Of a DNA stretch of 64,000 nt, positions 39,466-54,276 are shown in pieces. Positions within the stretch are counted from its first letter, which is position 1, and every line of letters starts with the position of its first letter. The stretch covers positions 111,290,001-111,354,000 of the forward strand of contig OZ024743.1 of the NCBI GenBank assembly GCA_964016885.1, in the 5' to 3' direction. The translations under genes and the position numbers were made by a program. The notes beneath the pieces were generated by a model that saw only the letters and a list, made by a program, of their open reading frames with translations, had not been told where the DNA came from and did not search any database. The DNA comes from Eledone cirrhosa (lineage: Eukaryota).

Positions 39466-40086
39466 AAAGTGGGTAGGAAGAGAGTTCCGAGGGTGTTTGT
39501 GGGAGTGGTCGATAAACATTTAGAAAAAAAGGGGGGTAGAAAAAACGGTGGAAGGGATACAAATAAAAGTAAAAATAAACATAAAGATAAAAAAGTGGTG
39601 GGAGGGTGTGAGCCGTGTAAGGGTTGTGGCGGGTGGAGTGGGGAGAGGGAGGCGGGAGATCTGAGCGGGGAGGGCTGAATGTGGTGTTTGTGTATGTGTG
39701 TAGGTGTACATGTGTGTGCGTGTGTCTGTGAATGTGAGAGTTGGAGGAAGAACGAGGTTCCATGTACAGGAAAAGGTGTGTGCGTGGGGTGGGTTGTAGG
39801 TCGGTGTGTGCGTGCGTGTGGATGGGAAGGGATCGGAACGGTGGGGGGATGGGGGTAGATTGGGAGCGCATGTAGATTCCGGAAGCTAAGTGTTCATATG
39901 TGGGGGTATGCACGTGTGTGTTGGTGTTTATACGTGGTGTGGTTGTGGGTGGCATGGTTCGAAAAATAATTGTGAGTGTATATCCGTGGTTAAGCTCCTA
40001 AGGTTCTTCCGTGTAGTGCACGATGATATATATATATATTAATGAAAATGAACAAAGGAACTATTATGACATTATAACAAGTTTAT

Positions 40087-40131
40087 TGCCGACAGCCGTT
40101 TCGTCCGACCATATGGTGGGACTTTCGGGCA
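40087..40131 (-). ncRNA. Degenerate hammerhead motif
   Basis: tgcc-CGAAA-gtcc..ggac-GAAA-cggctg-TC-ggca: stems I-III intact, CUGANGA core decayed. Confidence 0.45.
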
Positions 40132-41694
40132 TATAACAGGTGATTGTAAGTTCATTATTTACATCAACGTTTCACTCAAGATTAGCAGTTTGAAATTGTG
40201 GTATACAACAACAGCTCCGCTTGTATATTTGTTGTCTATATTCTAAGGGGGCTTTTTATATTAATTGTAGGAGTTGTAAAAGGGATGGGTTATAGGGAGT
40301 TAAGAGAATTTGAAAAGGGCCTAAGAGTTAGGGATTGAATGTTAAAAATTAACACCCCACTTGCCTATTTTGTAATGGGTAACCCCTGCCTGCCAATGGA
40401 GACGTAATATCTTCTTTTACATTCTTTTATCGCTTCCTCTATATTTCCTTCTTCCCCCATCCCTCCCTAGTCCTTCTACCCCAGTTCCTTTTCTTTGTCG
40501 TCGTCTTTTTCTCGCCCACCCGAGGTAGCCCCTCGGTCCCTTGTAGCTTCAACACCCCCACCCCCTTCCCCTATTCTATGATAGATTTGGCTGACTCCGC
40601 TTTTTATAGCAGAGGTGTTAGACTTCTGATACTTGCCCTCTTCTCCGACCGCTGTCCCTTTTTTCCGTGCCTTCTATATTTCTTAGTGGCATATTTGCTT
40701 TAATTTCTCGTTTATCCAGTATTTCTTTCTTCTTTTTCCCTTTTGTTTGGGGGGGGGGGGGGGGGGTGTTTCTGTATTAATTTTCCGTTCTTTACGTTTA
40801 CTTCGTACGATCTTTCATGTAGCGTGTATAAGACTTTTCGTTTCGTGGCGGTACCCTTAGAGTTAGCACTAGTATTTTCTTGCGGGACCCTAATTATATT
40901 CTCGTACTAGTTTACTTTCTTTTGCCCCCCACCCCTTTGTTGATCCGTCACCGTACGATACACGCACATATACCTCGTCCCACCTAGTTTACTCTTTTAC
41001 CTGTTTCAGCCATCCGGCTGAGGCCATGCTAGGGCACCGCCTTATTTATTTTTATTATTTTTTCTATTCTTCATTATATATATTTTTTTTAATTTATTTA
41101 TCTATTCTTTTATTCACGTATTTGTTTATTTATTTATTTATGTATTTCTTTAGCCTAGCAATAGCGAGAGACTTAAGTCTTAGTAACTAGACTTTGCTTA
41201 TTTTTTTTTTCTCTCAGTACTGTTTATAGTTTTACCCTCATTGTTCTACTTACCGTTTCGAATTCCTCCCCCTCCCCCTCCCCAGTATCCATTTGACCTC
41301 ACGACCAGCTGTAGCCGGCACTACCAACGCATGAATGGGTCTACTCCACCCCCTCTCCCTCTTTATCCTACCGGCAGGTTTAGCTACCCCTTCCCCCACC
41401 AATTTGCCATCACCGATTTACTACTAATTTGTGATGTGACCAATCCTGGTGATTGTCTCTTTGGCCATATATGGAATTACCCCTTGATAAGCTCGGCTAT
41501 TTAAATACCAGAATAAATTTTCATTCAGTCCAGAATTAGCCGTCGATACGACTTGAGCTCAGCCGTCGGGGTCTTACTTGTTCCTATTACCCACTCTACT
41601 ACCCTAAGTATTGAGTACTTTGGTGCGTTATGGTCACCTGGTTCCTTACCACATTTGCTTCGTTATATATATATATTTATATATATATATACTT

Positions 41695-41739
<45 letters not shown>

Positions 41740-42385
41740 ATACTTTGCTAAATTCAGAAACGAAATATATAAATATATATATACATATATAAATATATAT
41801 ATACATGTTTATATATATATATAAATATATATAAATATATATTGGATTGATAATGTTTTCAAAAAAACTAATTAACCCGCGTGTATAATATTTTTTTTTT
41901 TTCTCATTTCGTGGATCGTGGGTTGTCTCCCCTTCCGCTTCGTGTCGCTATGATACTTCCTCAGTCAAAAAACTGCTGGAATTTCAAATTTGGCGGTCAT
42001 TCGAGGATAGAGAACGACTTTTCGGACATGATTTTTGACAGCGGTAAGAAATTGTTTTCTTATATCAATGTTTAATGGGCTTCACTGATGATTTATACGT
42101 GCCCACCTAAATATACTCTTACATGAATAAATATTAGGCTTCTACATAAACTGGAAACATTCTCCTAAACTTGTAGAAAACTTATAATGAAACAACTGTT
42201 TGGAAAGAGAGATATACTTTAACTTTAATTATATCTCATAAAATAATACAACTGGTTTTTCCACATTATACATATTGTTAGCACCCAAACACTTAAATTG
42301 GGTTTATATTTTAATATAACCTAATGTTTGTTGAGTGAGATGGTTACCAGTCAGAGTTTAGCTTTAAACCATCTCTGTTATTGTA

Positions 42386-42599
<214 letters not shown>

Positions 42600-42600
42600 A

Positions 42601-42763
<163 letters not shown>

Positions 42764-42814
42764 TGTATATATATATATATATATATATAAATATTTATAT
42801 ATATATATATATAA

Positions 42815-45596
42815 ATTGGAATAAATGCTCTGAAATAGCGATATATATGTGAATATAGACATAGAATATTCGAAAATATTCTGTATGTTTATAATAAACA
42901 TTTTGAAGACCTAATCGCTATAGAATAGAATACGTCACGTATTACAATTAGATTCTCGATAAAAGCAAGGGAAGTAATCTACGCGTTTCATTCTCGTTAG
43001 AAATCATCAGGACTACATATCCAGTGCTTTTATCGAGAATGACACAGCTAGAGACTTATAGAATACTTAGCTGTGTACAGGAACTGGTTTGAAAGAGCGG
43101 TTGCCGGTCCGGCAGAAATTAGAAATTGGAATAAATGCTCTGAAATAGCGATATATATGTGAATATAGACATAGAATATTCGAAAATATTCTGTATGTTT
43201 ATAATAAACATTTTGAAGACCTAATCGCTATAGAATAGAATACGTCACGTATTACAATTAGATTCTCGATAAAAAGCAAGGGAAGTAATCTACGCGTTTC
43301 ATTCTCGTTAGAAATCATCAGGACTACATATCCAGTGCTTTTTATCGAGAATGACACAGCTAGAGACTTATAGAATACTTAGCTGTGTACAGGAACTGGT
43401 TTGAAAGAGCGGTTGCCGGTCCGGCAGAAATTAGAAATTGGAATAAATGCTCTGAAATAGCGATATATATGTGAATATAGACATAGAATATTCGAAATAT
43501 TCTGTATGTTTATAATAAACATTTTGAAGACCTAATCGCTATAGAATAGAATACGTCACGTATTACAATTAGATTCTCGATAAAAGCAAGGGAAGTAATC
43601 TACGCGTTTTCATTCTCGTTAGAAATCATCAGGACTACATATCCAGTGCTTTTATCGAGAATGACACAGCTAGAGACTTATAGAATACTTAGCTGTGTAC
43701 AGGAACTGGTTTCGAATATTCTATGTCTATATTCACATATATCGCTATTTCAGAGCATTTATTCCAATTTCTAATTTCTGCCGGACCGGCAACCGCTCTT
43801 TCAAACCAGTTCCTGTACACAGCTAAGTATTCTATAAGTCTCTAGCTGTGTCATTCTCGATAAAAGCACTGGATATGTAGTCCTGATGATTTCTAACGAG
43901 AATGAAACGCGTAGATTACTTCCCTTGCTTTTATCGAGAATCTAATTGTAATACGTGACGTATTCTATTCTATAGCGATTAGGTCTTCAAATGTTTATTA
44001 TAAACATACAGAATATTTTCGAATATTCTATGTCTATATTCACATATATATCGCTATTTCAGAGCATTTATTCCAATTTCTAATTTCTGCCGGACCGGCA
44101 ACCGCTCTTTCAAACCAGTTCCTGTACACAGCTAAGTATTCTATAAGTCTCTAGCTGTGTCCATTCTCGATAAAAGCACTGGATATGTAGTCCTGATGAT
44201 TTCTAACGAGAATGAAACGCGTAGATTACTTCCCTTGCTTTTATCGAGAATCTAATTGTAATACGTGACGTATTCTATTCTATAGCGATTAGGTCTTCAA
44301 AATGTTTTATTATAAAACATACAGAATATTTTCGAATATTCTATGTCTATATTCACATATATATCGCTATTTCAGAGCATTTATTCCAATTTCTAATTTC
44401 TGCCGGACCGGCAACCGCTCTTTCAAACCAGTTCCTGTACACAGCTAAGTATTCTATAAGTCTCTAGCTGTGTCATTCTCGATAAAAGCACTGGATATGT
44501 AGTCCTGATGATTTCTAACGAGAATGAAACGCGTAGATTACTTCCCTTGCTTTTATCGAGAATCTAATTGTAATACGTGACGTATTCTATTCTATAGCGA
44601 TTAGGTCTTCAAAATGTTTATTATAAACATACAGAATATTTTCGAATATTCTATGTCTATATTCACATATATATCGCTATTTCAGAGCATTTATTCCAAT
44701 TTCTAATTTCTGCCGGACCGGCAACCGCTCTTTCAAACCAGTTCCTGTACACAGCTAAGTATTCTATAAGTCTCTAGCTGTGTCATTCTCGATAAAAGCA
44801 CTGGATATGTAGTCCTGATGATTTCTAACGAGAATGAAACGCGTAGATTACTTCCCTTGCTTTTATCGAGAATCTAATTGTAATACGTGACGTATTCTAT
44901 TCTATAGCGATTAGGTCTTCAAAATGTTTATTATAAACATACAGAATATTTTCGAATATTCTATGTCTATATTCACATATATATCGCTATTTCAGAGCAT
45001 TTATTCCAATTTCTAATTTCTGCCGGACCGGCAACCGCTCTTTCAAACCAGTTCCTGTACACAGCTAAGTATTCTATAAGTCTCTAGCTGTGTCATTCTC
45101 GATAAAAGCACTGGATATGTAGTCCTGATGATTTCTAACGAGAATGAAACGCGTAGATTACTTCCCTTGCTTTTATCGAGAATCTAATTGTAATACGTGA
45201 CGTATTCTATTCTATAGCGATTAGGTCTTCAAAATGTTTATTATAAACATACAGAATATTTTCGAATATTCTATGTCTATATTCACATATATATCGCTAT
45301 TTCAGAGCATTTATTCCAATTTCTAATTTCTGCCGGACCGGCAACCGCTCTTTCAAACCAGTTCCTGTACACAGCTAAGTATTCTATAAGTCTCTAGCTG
45401 TGTCATTCTCGATAAAAGCACTGGATATGTAGTCCTGATGATTTCTAACGAGAATGAAACGCGTAGATTACTTCCCTTGCTTTTATCGAGAATCTAATTG
45501 TAATACGTGACGTATTCTATTCTATAGCGATTAGGTCTTCAAAATGTTTATTATAAACATACAGAATATTTTCGAATATTCTATGTCTATATTCAT
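42815..45596. repeat. Array 2 of the 310-bp hammerhead unit: ~2.9 units on -, ~6 units on +
   Basis: Same unit as array 1 but loop II reads aacg; junction at ~43712; (TA)n flanks. Confidence 0.95.
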
Positions 45597-45619
45597 ATAT
45601 ATATATATATGTGTGTATA

Positions 45620-45805
45620 GCAAGAGATATCAACATGAATGGACCTGTTATTTTTTTTATCTAAATACATTTTTTCAAATTCAAACCCGCCCGGCGCTTC
45701 GTTGCATCTTATTTCTCATTCTTTCTTCTGATGAAGGATTAGAGTCCGAAAGGTGAAGTCCCGCTTCCTGCTATTTCAAGCGTTAACCTAATATATTCCT
45801 TCCAT
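45620..45805 (+). mobile_element. Hammerhead-bearing short element (family D)
   Basis: CTGATGA(45728)-aggat taga gtcc-GAAA; homologous to 52310-52500. Confidence 0.7.
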
Positions 45806-45838
45806 ATATATATATAAATATATATACATATATATATA

Positions 45839-45926
<88 letters not shown>

Positions 45927-45944
45927 TATATATATATACACATA

Positions 45945-46119
<175 letters not shown>

Positions 46120-47164
46120 ATATATATATATGGAAGGAATATTTTAGATTTATAAATATATATATACACATATATGTATATCTGTTAGAACACGAAAAGT
46201 GTGAAACAACAGAATGTTCACTTTTCGTGTTCTAACATATATGCCTAGCTTCTTTAAAAAATTTTCGGGGATAGCCGTGGTGGTGGTGATCGTATGTCAT
46301 TGGCTAATTTTCAACCAATCAGAGTACCTCTCTCTATATCTCTTCCACTGTTACTTACGCCTGTTTCTCTCTATCTGTTCCGTCTCTATATATATCTCTT
46401 ACTCTTTCGCTTTGCACTCCTCCCCTTCAATACCATCTCTCCCCCTCTCTATATATTTGTTACTCTATCGCTGCACGCTCCTCTCCTTCAATATATCAAT
46501 TACACACGCTTTACACTCCTTTATCCCCAGCGCCCCTATATATACACCCCCCCTCTCCCGCATCTATATTTTAATGTACCGTTGCACCGTGAATATATGT
46601 GTCTATATATATATACATATATATTGTATATACACATTCATGTATGTGTATACACACTCATGTATGTATATACACTGGTTTTATGTGTGTATTGTAAATT
46701 TGTACTGTTAAAACACGAAACTAACATTCGATTGACACTTTGATTACCTGTACAGGCAATAGTTATTAGAATGCTGTTGAAGTGTGTATATATTTTGGGG
46801 GGACATCCTGTATATGCACACATTATATATAATACAATAAACAGATAAATACACACATATATATATGAGCTTATTTAATTATAAATATTGTGAATTTTTA
46901 ACTCAGTTCAATTATATATATAAATGGCTTCTACAGGACTAGAACTGTTTCATTCGAAAGAAATCATCATAATATTGAGAGGGGGGACTAGATAAAATAT
47001 TTCAAATCAAATGTGTATAAGTTATAAGTTAAAATGTATAAATAGAGACGATAGTGGAGGTATATCTGTTTAGTGGAACAGTAGACGATAGAATTAAATA
47101 CAGACGAGAATCTCCCTTTAATGAAACAGCAGACGATAGAATTAAGGCAATTTAAATTTTAAGC

Positions 47165-47226
47165 ATTTGCATTTTTGCCTTTCATCGTTACGGGGTCGAT
47201 AAAATAAAGTACCAGTAATACACTGT
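47165..47226 (+). mobile_element. SINE fragment
   Basis: 'tttgcctttcatcgttacggggtcgataaaataaagtaccagt'. Confidence 0.7.
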
Positions 47227-47604
47227 CACTAGACGACTTTCAAATTGAATTGTTGGTTCCATTTCTTTAGTATTTTCAATTGTAGTTATCTACTTAAAAA
47301 GCGTTACACGGTTAGAGACATAATTCGTAAGTTATATCTTCCCTATTAAACCATTGCATTATTTCGCCTACAATAGAACAAAAATGAAATGTTCTTTAAA
47401 GAAACAAGGAATATAACTTTATAAAAAAAAAAAGTTGCATCCGCTTCTTTTATCATTGATAATTTTTTCGTTTTAATATTAATTGTTTTTTGTAGTTGTT
47501 TATATTAAAAATCTTACTGTAATATTTACTTAAACGAAGGCAAACATCTAAACTTATAGATTAATCTTGAGCGAAGGACTAGATAAATCTCTCTCTCTCT
47601 CCCC

Positions 47605-47635
<31 letters not shown>

Positions 47636-48024
47636 AACGAAGAATGATAAAATTTCAAGCAAAGAGTTTAATTAGGTATATTTTGTAATATTATTAACTA
47701 ATTATTATAATTAACGCGCATATTTTGCTATCCTCAAACACGTTTACACATGGCATGAAATATAACTAATCCGAGATGGCTAGGTTTCATCTTCTAACTG
47801 GATATACGAAATCCATTGTCTTGACAACAACATGAGGTAACATTATGTTATTCACAGACACACTTTGTACACTGTTCCATATCAGAATGTATTTCCTTCG
47901 TCACATTCACAAACAGTATTGAAAATATGTTCTTCGGCAAATAAAAATGTTTTGTTCATAATATTTCAACTAGCGATTGCTCTACTCCACGCACGACCAC
48001 CATAAATTAATGACCAGCTCAACA

Positions 48025-48196
48025 CAAGTATTGGTAGAGCGTCAGACACCATGCTTTGCAGTATTGTTATGGTCCTTTGCATTCTAAGTTCAAATCCTGC
48101 CGAGGTTAACTTCGACTTTCATACTTACTAATTCGATAAAATAAAGTACCAGTAATGGACTGCCGTAATGGATTTGTGCCGAAAAATAGAAACACT
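48025..48196 (+). mobile_element. tRNA-derived SINE
   Basis: Same family as 3550-3739. Confidence 0.8.
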
Positions 48197-48750
48197 ATTA
48201 ATGTGCAATAAGAGCAAAATATAACGACATTGCTCAATTATTTTATCTAATGTTGTAATAACACAAGGAAATGTTGTTTGTGTATTTTTTTTTATATTTG
48301 CTCATAGGCTTTTACAATTTCGCTCAGCCAACAACTATTAAAAAGTGAGTTGCTTAAGATAACAATTTAATCACAAATTGTTGCTATCTTTTAATACACT
48401 CCAACAAGTCATCAAATTATGTACAATAAAAACAAATCTTATTAATTTGCTCAGGGAGTAAAAAGAAAATGTATATACACTGATAATTGCAATTGTATGT
48501 AAATATTTTGTTTTTGTATTGTATATTTTATGTTTTCTATTATGTATAATATATTGATTTAATATTGATTGTTTTTTGTAGTTGTTTATATTAAAAGTCT
48601 GAAAATATTTTTATACATCTTACACTAATATTTATAAGATAATTTATAATAACAATTACATAATCTAATTACATTACAACGATAATTTATTATTAATATA
48701 TATCCTGTTTAACTAGATTTATTACAAGCGTTGCCTTAAAAAAATATTAA

Positions 48751-49705
48751 ACTAGACATGAAAAATGCGCAAGCTCAAAAGTGCCACAGAATGTTATAAT
48801 AAACCTTCAAAAGTGTGGGACTAGAGTTGTTGCTAAAAAATATTGTAATCATTATATATCGTACATTCTGTGGCATCCTTTATAAAAATAGCTTAAACCA
48901 ACGAAGCCTTTATTTTTACGCTATTTCACTTAGTTAATTCTTAGAGTGTAACATATAAAAATAAATACATCTATGTTTAACGTAATAACAGCTATAAATA
49001 ATTACGTAATATTATTATCATATACTCATAGTAACAAAATAATTGTGTTGAAACTTAATATGATGCTTATATGAACGATCAAATCTATAATGATAATTTC
49101 TTAAATATACTAATAGTAAAATAATTTAGTTATCTATTGTTACATTTTCATAGAACTATAATATTAACAATCGTATTGCATTATCAAATTTTTATCACTA
49201 CAAACTTTCATATTGGAATTACCTTAAGCCACTTATTATTACTTCGCTTTCGTACTTTTACAGCTGTAGATATTGCGCTGTATCTTATATCTAATATCAA
49301 TATCTCGTGGTAATTTGCATGAAGTGTAAAATAGGTTTATTAATAACTTTAATATGAAATGTATTATACAGGGCTGCGGAGGCGGCCAAAAATTGACTGG
49401 CTCCAACTCAGGATCCGATATTCCATTATTTCCTAAATTTCAGCTCCGCAGCTCTGTTATTATATTAATTAATTTATTTTATAGTTGTAAATCATATTTT
49501 TATATGTTACACTCTAAGAATTAACTAAGTGAAATAGCGTAAAAATAAAGGCTTCGTTGGTTTAAGCTATTTTTATAAAGGATGCCACAGAATGTACGAT
49601 ATATAATGATTACAATATTTTTTAGCAACAACTCTAGTCCCACACTTTTGAAGGTTTATTATAACATTCTGTGGCACTTTTGAGCTTACGCATTTTTCAT
49701 GTCTA

Positions 49706-49707
<2 letters not shown>
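48751..49707. mobile_element. Non-autonomous element with ~210-bp terminal inverted repeats (ACTAG..CTAGT)
   Basis: 48751-48963 is an almost perfect reverse complement of 49495-49707; AT-rich non-coding interior. Confidence 0.75.
49369..49456. mobile_element. 88-bp hAT-like MITE
   Basis: TIRs cagggctgcggag/ctccgcagctctg; 8-bp TSD gtattata/ttattata. Confidence 0.7.
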
Positions 49708-49760
<53 letters not shown>

Positions 49761-49883
49761 GGTATCCACTGTAAGGTGTGGGGTATATTATGTATGGAGA
49801 ACTCAATGTGATCTATGTGTTGAAAATGTTTACAAACTATCAGATAGAGAGAATATTTACTTATATGCATATCACCAACTGTA

Positions 49884-49982
<99 letters not shown>

Positions 49983-50037
49983 TAGAAAGTTTCTTTTTAC
50001 AAAATGAAAAATAACCGAGGTGTCCTACACGAGTGAA

Positions 50038-50691
<654 letters not shown>

Positions 50692-50789
50692 ATATATATA
50701 TATATGTATGTATATATATATATATATATATGTATATATTTATATATGTATATATGTATATATATATATATATAAATATATGTTTATAT

Positions 50790-50860
<71 letters not shown>

Positions 50861-51062
50861 CAAAGTAAGGTTGTAACACCCACGTCCCGTAGGGCCTACA
50901 TAGGGTTAACCGCCAATAGTTTCAAGCATCGTCTTTACATGCATACCCATTCTTTTCGTTACCCTCTAAGAAGGAATATGACGTCACTTTCAACTTATAT
51001 CTGGAGTCTAAAAGACAACCACACCCAATATAAGTTACACTGGGAGATCCTAGCTAGGGCTG
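50861..51062 (+). mobile_element. Penelope-like element GIY-YIG endonuclease fragment
   Basis: Translates [45 protein letters not shown]; abuts a (TA)n tract. Confidence 0.8.
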
Positions 51063-52037
51063 TGGATATTTTACGTCTTGATGTGGGAGCTAAGTATATG
51101 TTTTGTTTATTCCTTTACTTATTTGCATAGGTAAGTATATACTACCCGTATGTTTTGTGAAGGTACGTATAGCTTCTCGTACGTATATTTGATTGTTATG
51201 GCGTATAATTTTATTTATTCTGGTACATAGGGTTTGGCTATGTGTATACGGGAGTTTTTGCGTCTGTCTGAGTATGCAGGTTCATACGTATGGTGGGTGT
51301 GTGTATATGTGTATTCTTGTTTTAGTTGACTTACGTCTCCGAACATTCGTGTATTTATATGTAGGTATGTGTGTGCGCTTGTTATATACGTATTTATTTA
51401 TTTATATACGTTTATATAATTATTTATTTATTTGTATACACGCATACACACACACATATTTATATGTGCGTGGTTTTGTATATCTATGGTACAGTTTTGC
51501 GTATGCTTGTGTATGTACGTATTTGTTTGCGTGCATTTATTTATTTCTATTACTTCTGTATTGTATTTATTTACTTTGTTCTTAACTCTGTAGCGGAGAT
51601 TCATTTGGTCTCCTAGTTAGAATTTTAGTCTACGACTTCTGCTATACCATTTACGTGGTTTTGTCTTTGCGTGCTATTGTTCTCCACGCTCCACATATGA
51701 CGTATTATCTTCGTTTTTTCGTTCTTTGCCAGAGAACGTCTCTATGCGCCACCTAAGAGAACATTAGTCTGCGACCTCTTTTACACCATAAACGTGATTC
51801 TGTCTTTGCGCGTAATTGTTTTTCACCGCTCCTATTAATGACGTATTATTCATTTATTCTCGTTCTTCGCCAGCGAACGATTCCACGAACCAAAGTATCG
51901 TCTTCCTGTCTTCCTCCGGTTGCAACGTTTTTTGAAATATCCACTTCTGCGTTTACAGATTGACTTTGTTAGTTTCAGAAGATCCCGTTAAGGGTGAAAG
52001 CAGCGATTTTTTGCTTAAAATTTAATCTGTTATTTTA

Positions 52038-52111
<74 letters not shown>

Positions 52112-52113
<2 letters not shown>

Positions 52114-52266
52114 AGTATATGGAATGAATATATTAGGTTAACGCTTGAAATAGCAGGAAGAGGGCCTTAACGTTTCGGACTATAATCCTTCATCAGAAGA
52201 AAGAATGAGAAATAAGATAGATTGAGGCGTCGGGCGGGTTGGAATTGAAGAAAAGTATTTAGATAA

Positions 52267-52308
<42 letters not shown>

Positions 52309-52500
52309 TGCAAGAGATGTCAACATGAATAGACCTGTTATTTTTATCTAAATACATTTTTTTCCAATTCCAACCCGTCCGACGCATCGATCTATCTTAT
52401 TTCTCATTATTTCTCTCTGATGAAGGATTTGAGTCAGAAACGTTAAGGCCCACTTCCTGCTATTTCAAGCGTTAACCTAATATAGTCCTTCCATATACTG
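52112..52500. mobile_element. Inverted-repeat hammerhead element (family D)
   Basis: Minus-strand motif 52164-52200 (CTGATGA-aggattatagtcc-GAAA-cgt-TA-agg); plus-strand motif from 52417. Confidence 0.8.
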
Positions 52501-52545
52501 TACCGATTGAGTTTTTCTTTCTGTTTAGCTTTTACATACAAAGAT

Positions 52546-52633
<88 letters not shown>

Positions 52634-52637
<4 letters not shown>

Positions 52638-53395
52638 GATATTAATAAATGGAAACTATATTTATAAAACCATATTTATTTCATTATACATATTTCAGGG
52701 ATACTAAATTAAATTATAGTATGCCTTCATCAGACAAAATACAATATATAACAGTTTTACAAACAAGCTTTGACGTACGACAAATAAGTTTTGACGTACC
52801 CTTTTAAAGTGCGAACATTATTTTTGGAAGCCATCTGGATAGTGAATTGTTTATATTATTTTAATAAGTCTTAGTGTTAAGGATAATTAGAAAAAGACGG
52901 AGAGAAAGAAAAAAGAAAAAAGAAAAAACGTGGAGAAATTTCTTTCTATCTGTCTGTTGATTTGATATCTCTCTGTTGCTTTCCTCTGGTTTTCTTGTTC
53001 CTTCCTTTTTTCTTTTTTCTTTTTTTTCTTTCTTTCCTCCTGTCTTTATTTATCTCTTCCTTTTTTCTCCATGCATTTCTCTCTCTTCGATATTTCTCCA
53101 CGTTTTTTCTTTTTCTTTTTTCTCTCTCTCCGTTTATTTTCTTTCTCTCCGTCTTTTTCTAATTGTCCTTAACACTAAGACTTATTAAAATAATATAAAC
53201 AATTCACTATCCAGATGGCTTCCAAAAATAATGGTCGCACTTTAAAAGGGTACGTCAAAACTTATTTGTAAAACTGTTATATATTGTATTTTGTCTGATG
53301 AAGGCATACCATAATTTAATTTGGTATCCCTGAAATATGTATAATGAAATAAATATGGTTTTATAAATATAGTTTCCATTTATTAATATCGTATA
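52634..53395. mobile_element. Inverted-repeat hammerhead element (family F)
   Basis: Arms ~52634-52940 and ~53090-53395; CTGATGA(53295)-aggcatacca..tggtatccct-GAAA. Confidence 0.75.
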
Positions 53396-53477
53396 TCTAC
53401 TCCAAATACTTGTCGAGTGCTTTATATCAGTTACAAAAATATTTACTTGTTGTATCCCAACAATTTTAAATAGAACT

Positions 53478-53603
<126 letters not shown>

Positions 53604-53693
53604 TTAGTTAAGGAAAACAAGACCACATATTTCACAAGGAAGACATTATTAAAATATTGTCAACATAGTTTTATTTTGATGTAAGGAATGTAG

Positions 53694-53763
<70 letters not shown>
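53694..53763. repeat. (TAA)n tract, Dong target
   Basis: Seen directly. Confidence 0.95.
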
Positions 53764-53765
<2 letters not shown>

Positions 53766-54197
53766 TGGGATTTTAGGATACAGACGGACAAGAAACTGGA
53801 ACACAATAGACCTGACCTGGTGGTTGTGGACAAAGAAAAAAGATCGTGTCTGATTGTGGATGTGGCCTGCCCATTCGATACGAGAGTGCAAGAGAAGGAG
53901 AGGGAGAAAATTAACCGATACCAGGACTTAAAGTGGGAGGTAAAAAGGATTTGGAAATGCCATGAAGTCAAAGTGATCCCGATTGTCATAGGCGCACTGG
54001 GGACTATCTGCAAAAGTTTCCAGGGATGGTTAAAGAATATCGGCCCCTTCACGCTTTTTGGAACGCTTCAAAAGGCATGCTTGCTGGGAACAGCAAGAAC
54101 CCTCCGATACGTCCTGATATCTGAAGCTGCAGGTAGTGGCTTGATATTCATTCCAACGGACTTTCCAGTTAACCAAAATCAATGACTGAGATTCAAG

Positions 54198-54200
<3 letters not shown>
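53763..54200 (+). mobile_element. 5'-truncated copy of the R4/Dong element (RLE end + 3'UTR)
   Basis: Near-identical to 58813-59250; (TAA)n on both sides. Confidence 0.92.

Positions 54201-54274
<74 letters not shown>

Positions 54275-54276
<2 letters not shown>

Noticed and set aside
51970-52040. CAGAAGA-tccc..gggt-GAAA motif (reverse copy at ~31860-31925)
   Set aside because: Probably a decayed relative, but the core is mutated in both copies and stems I and III are unclear
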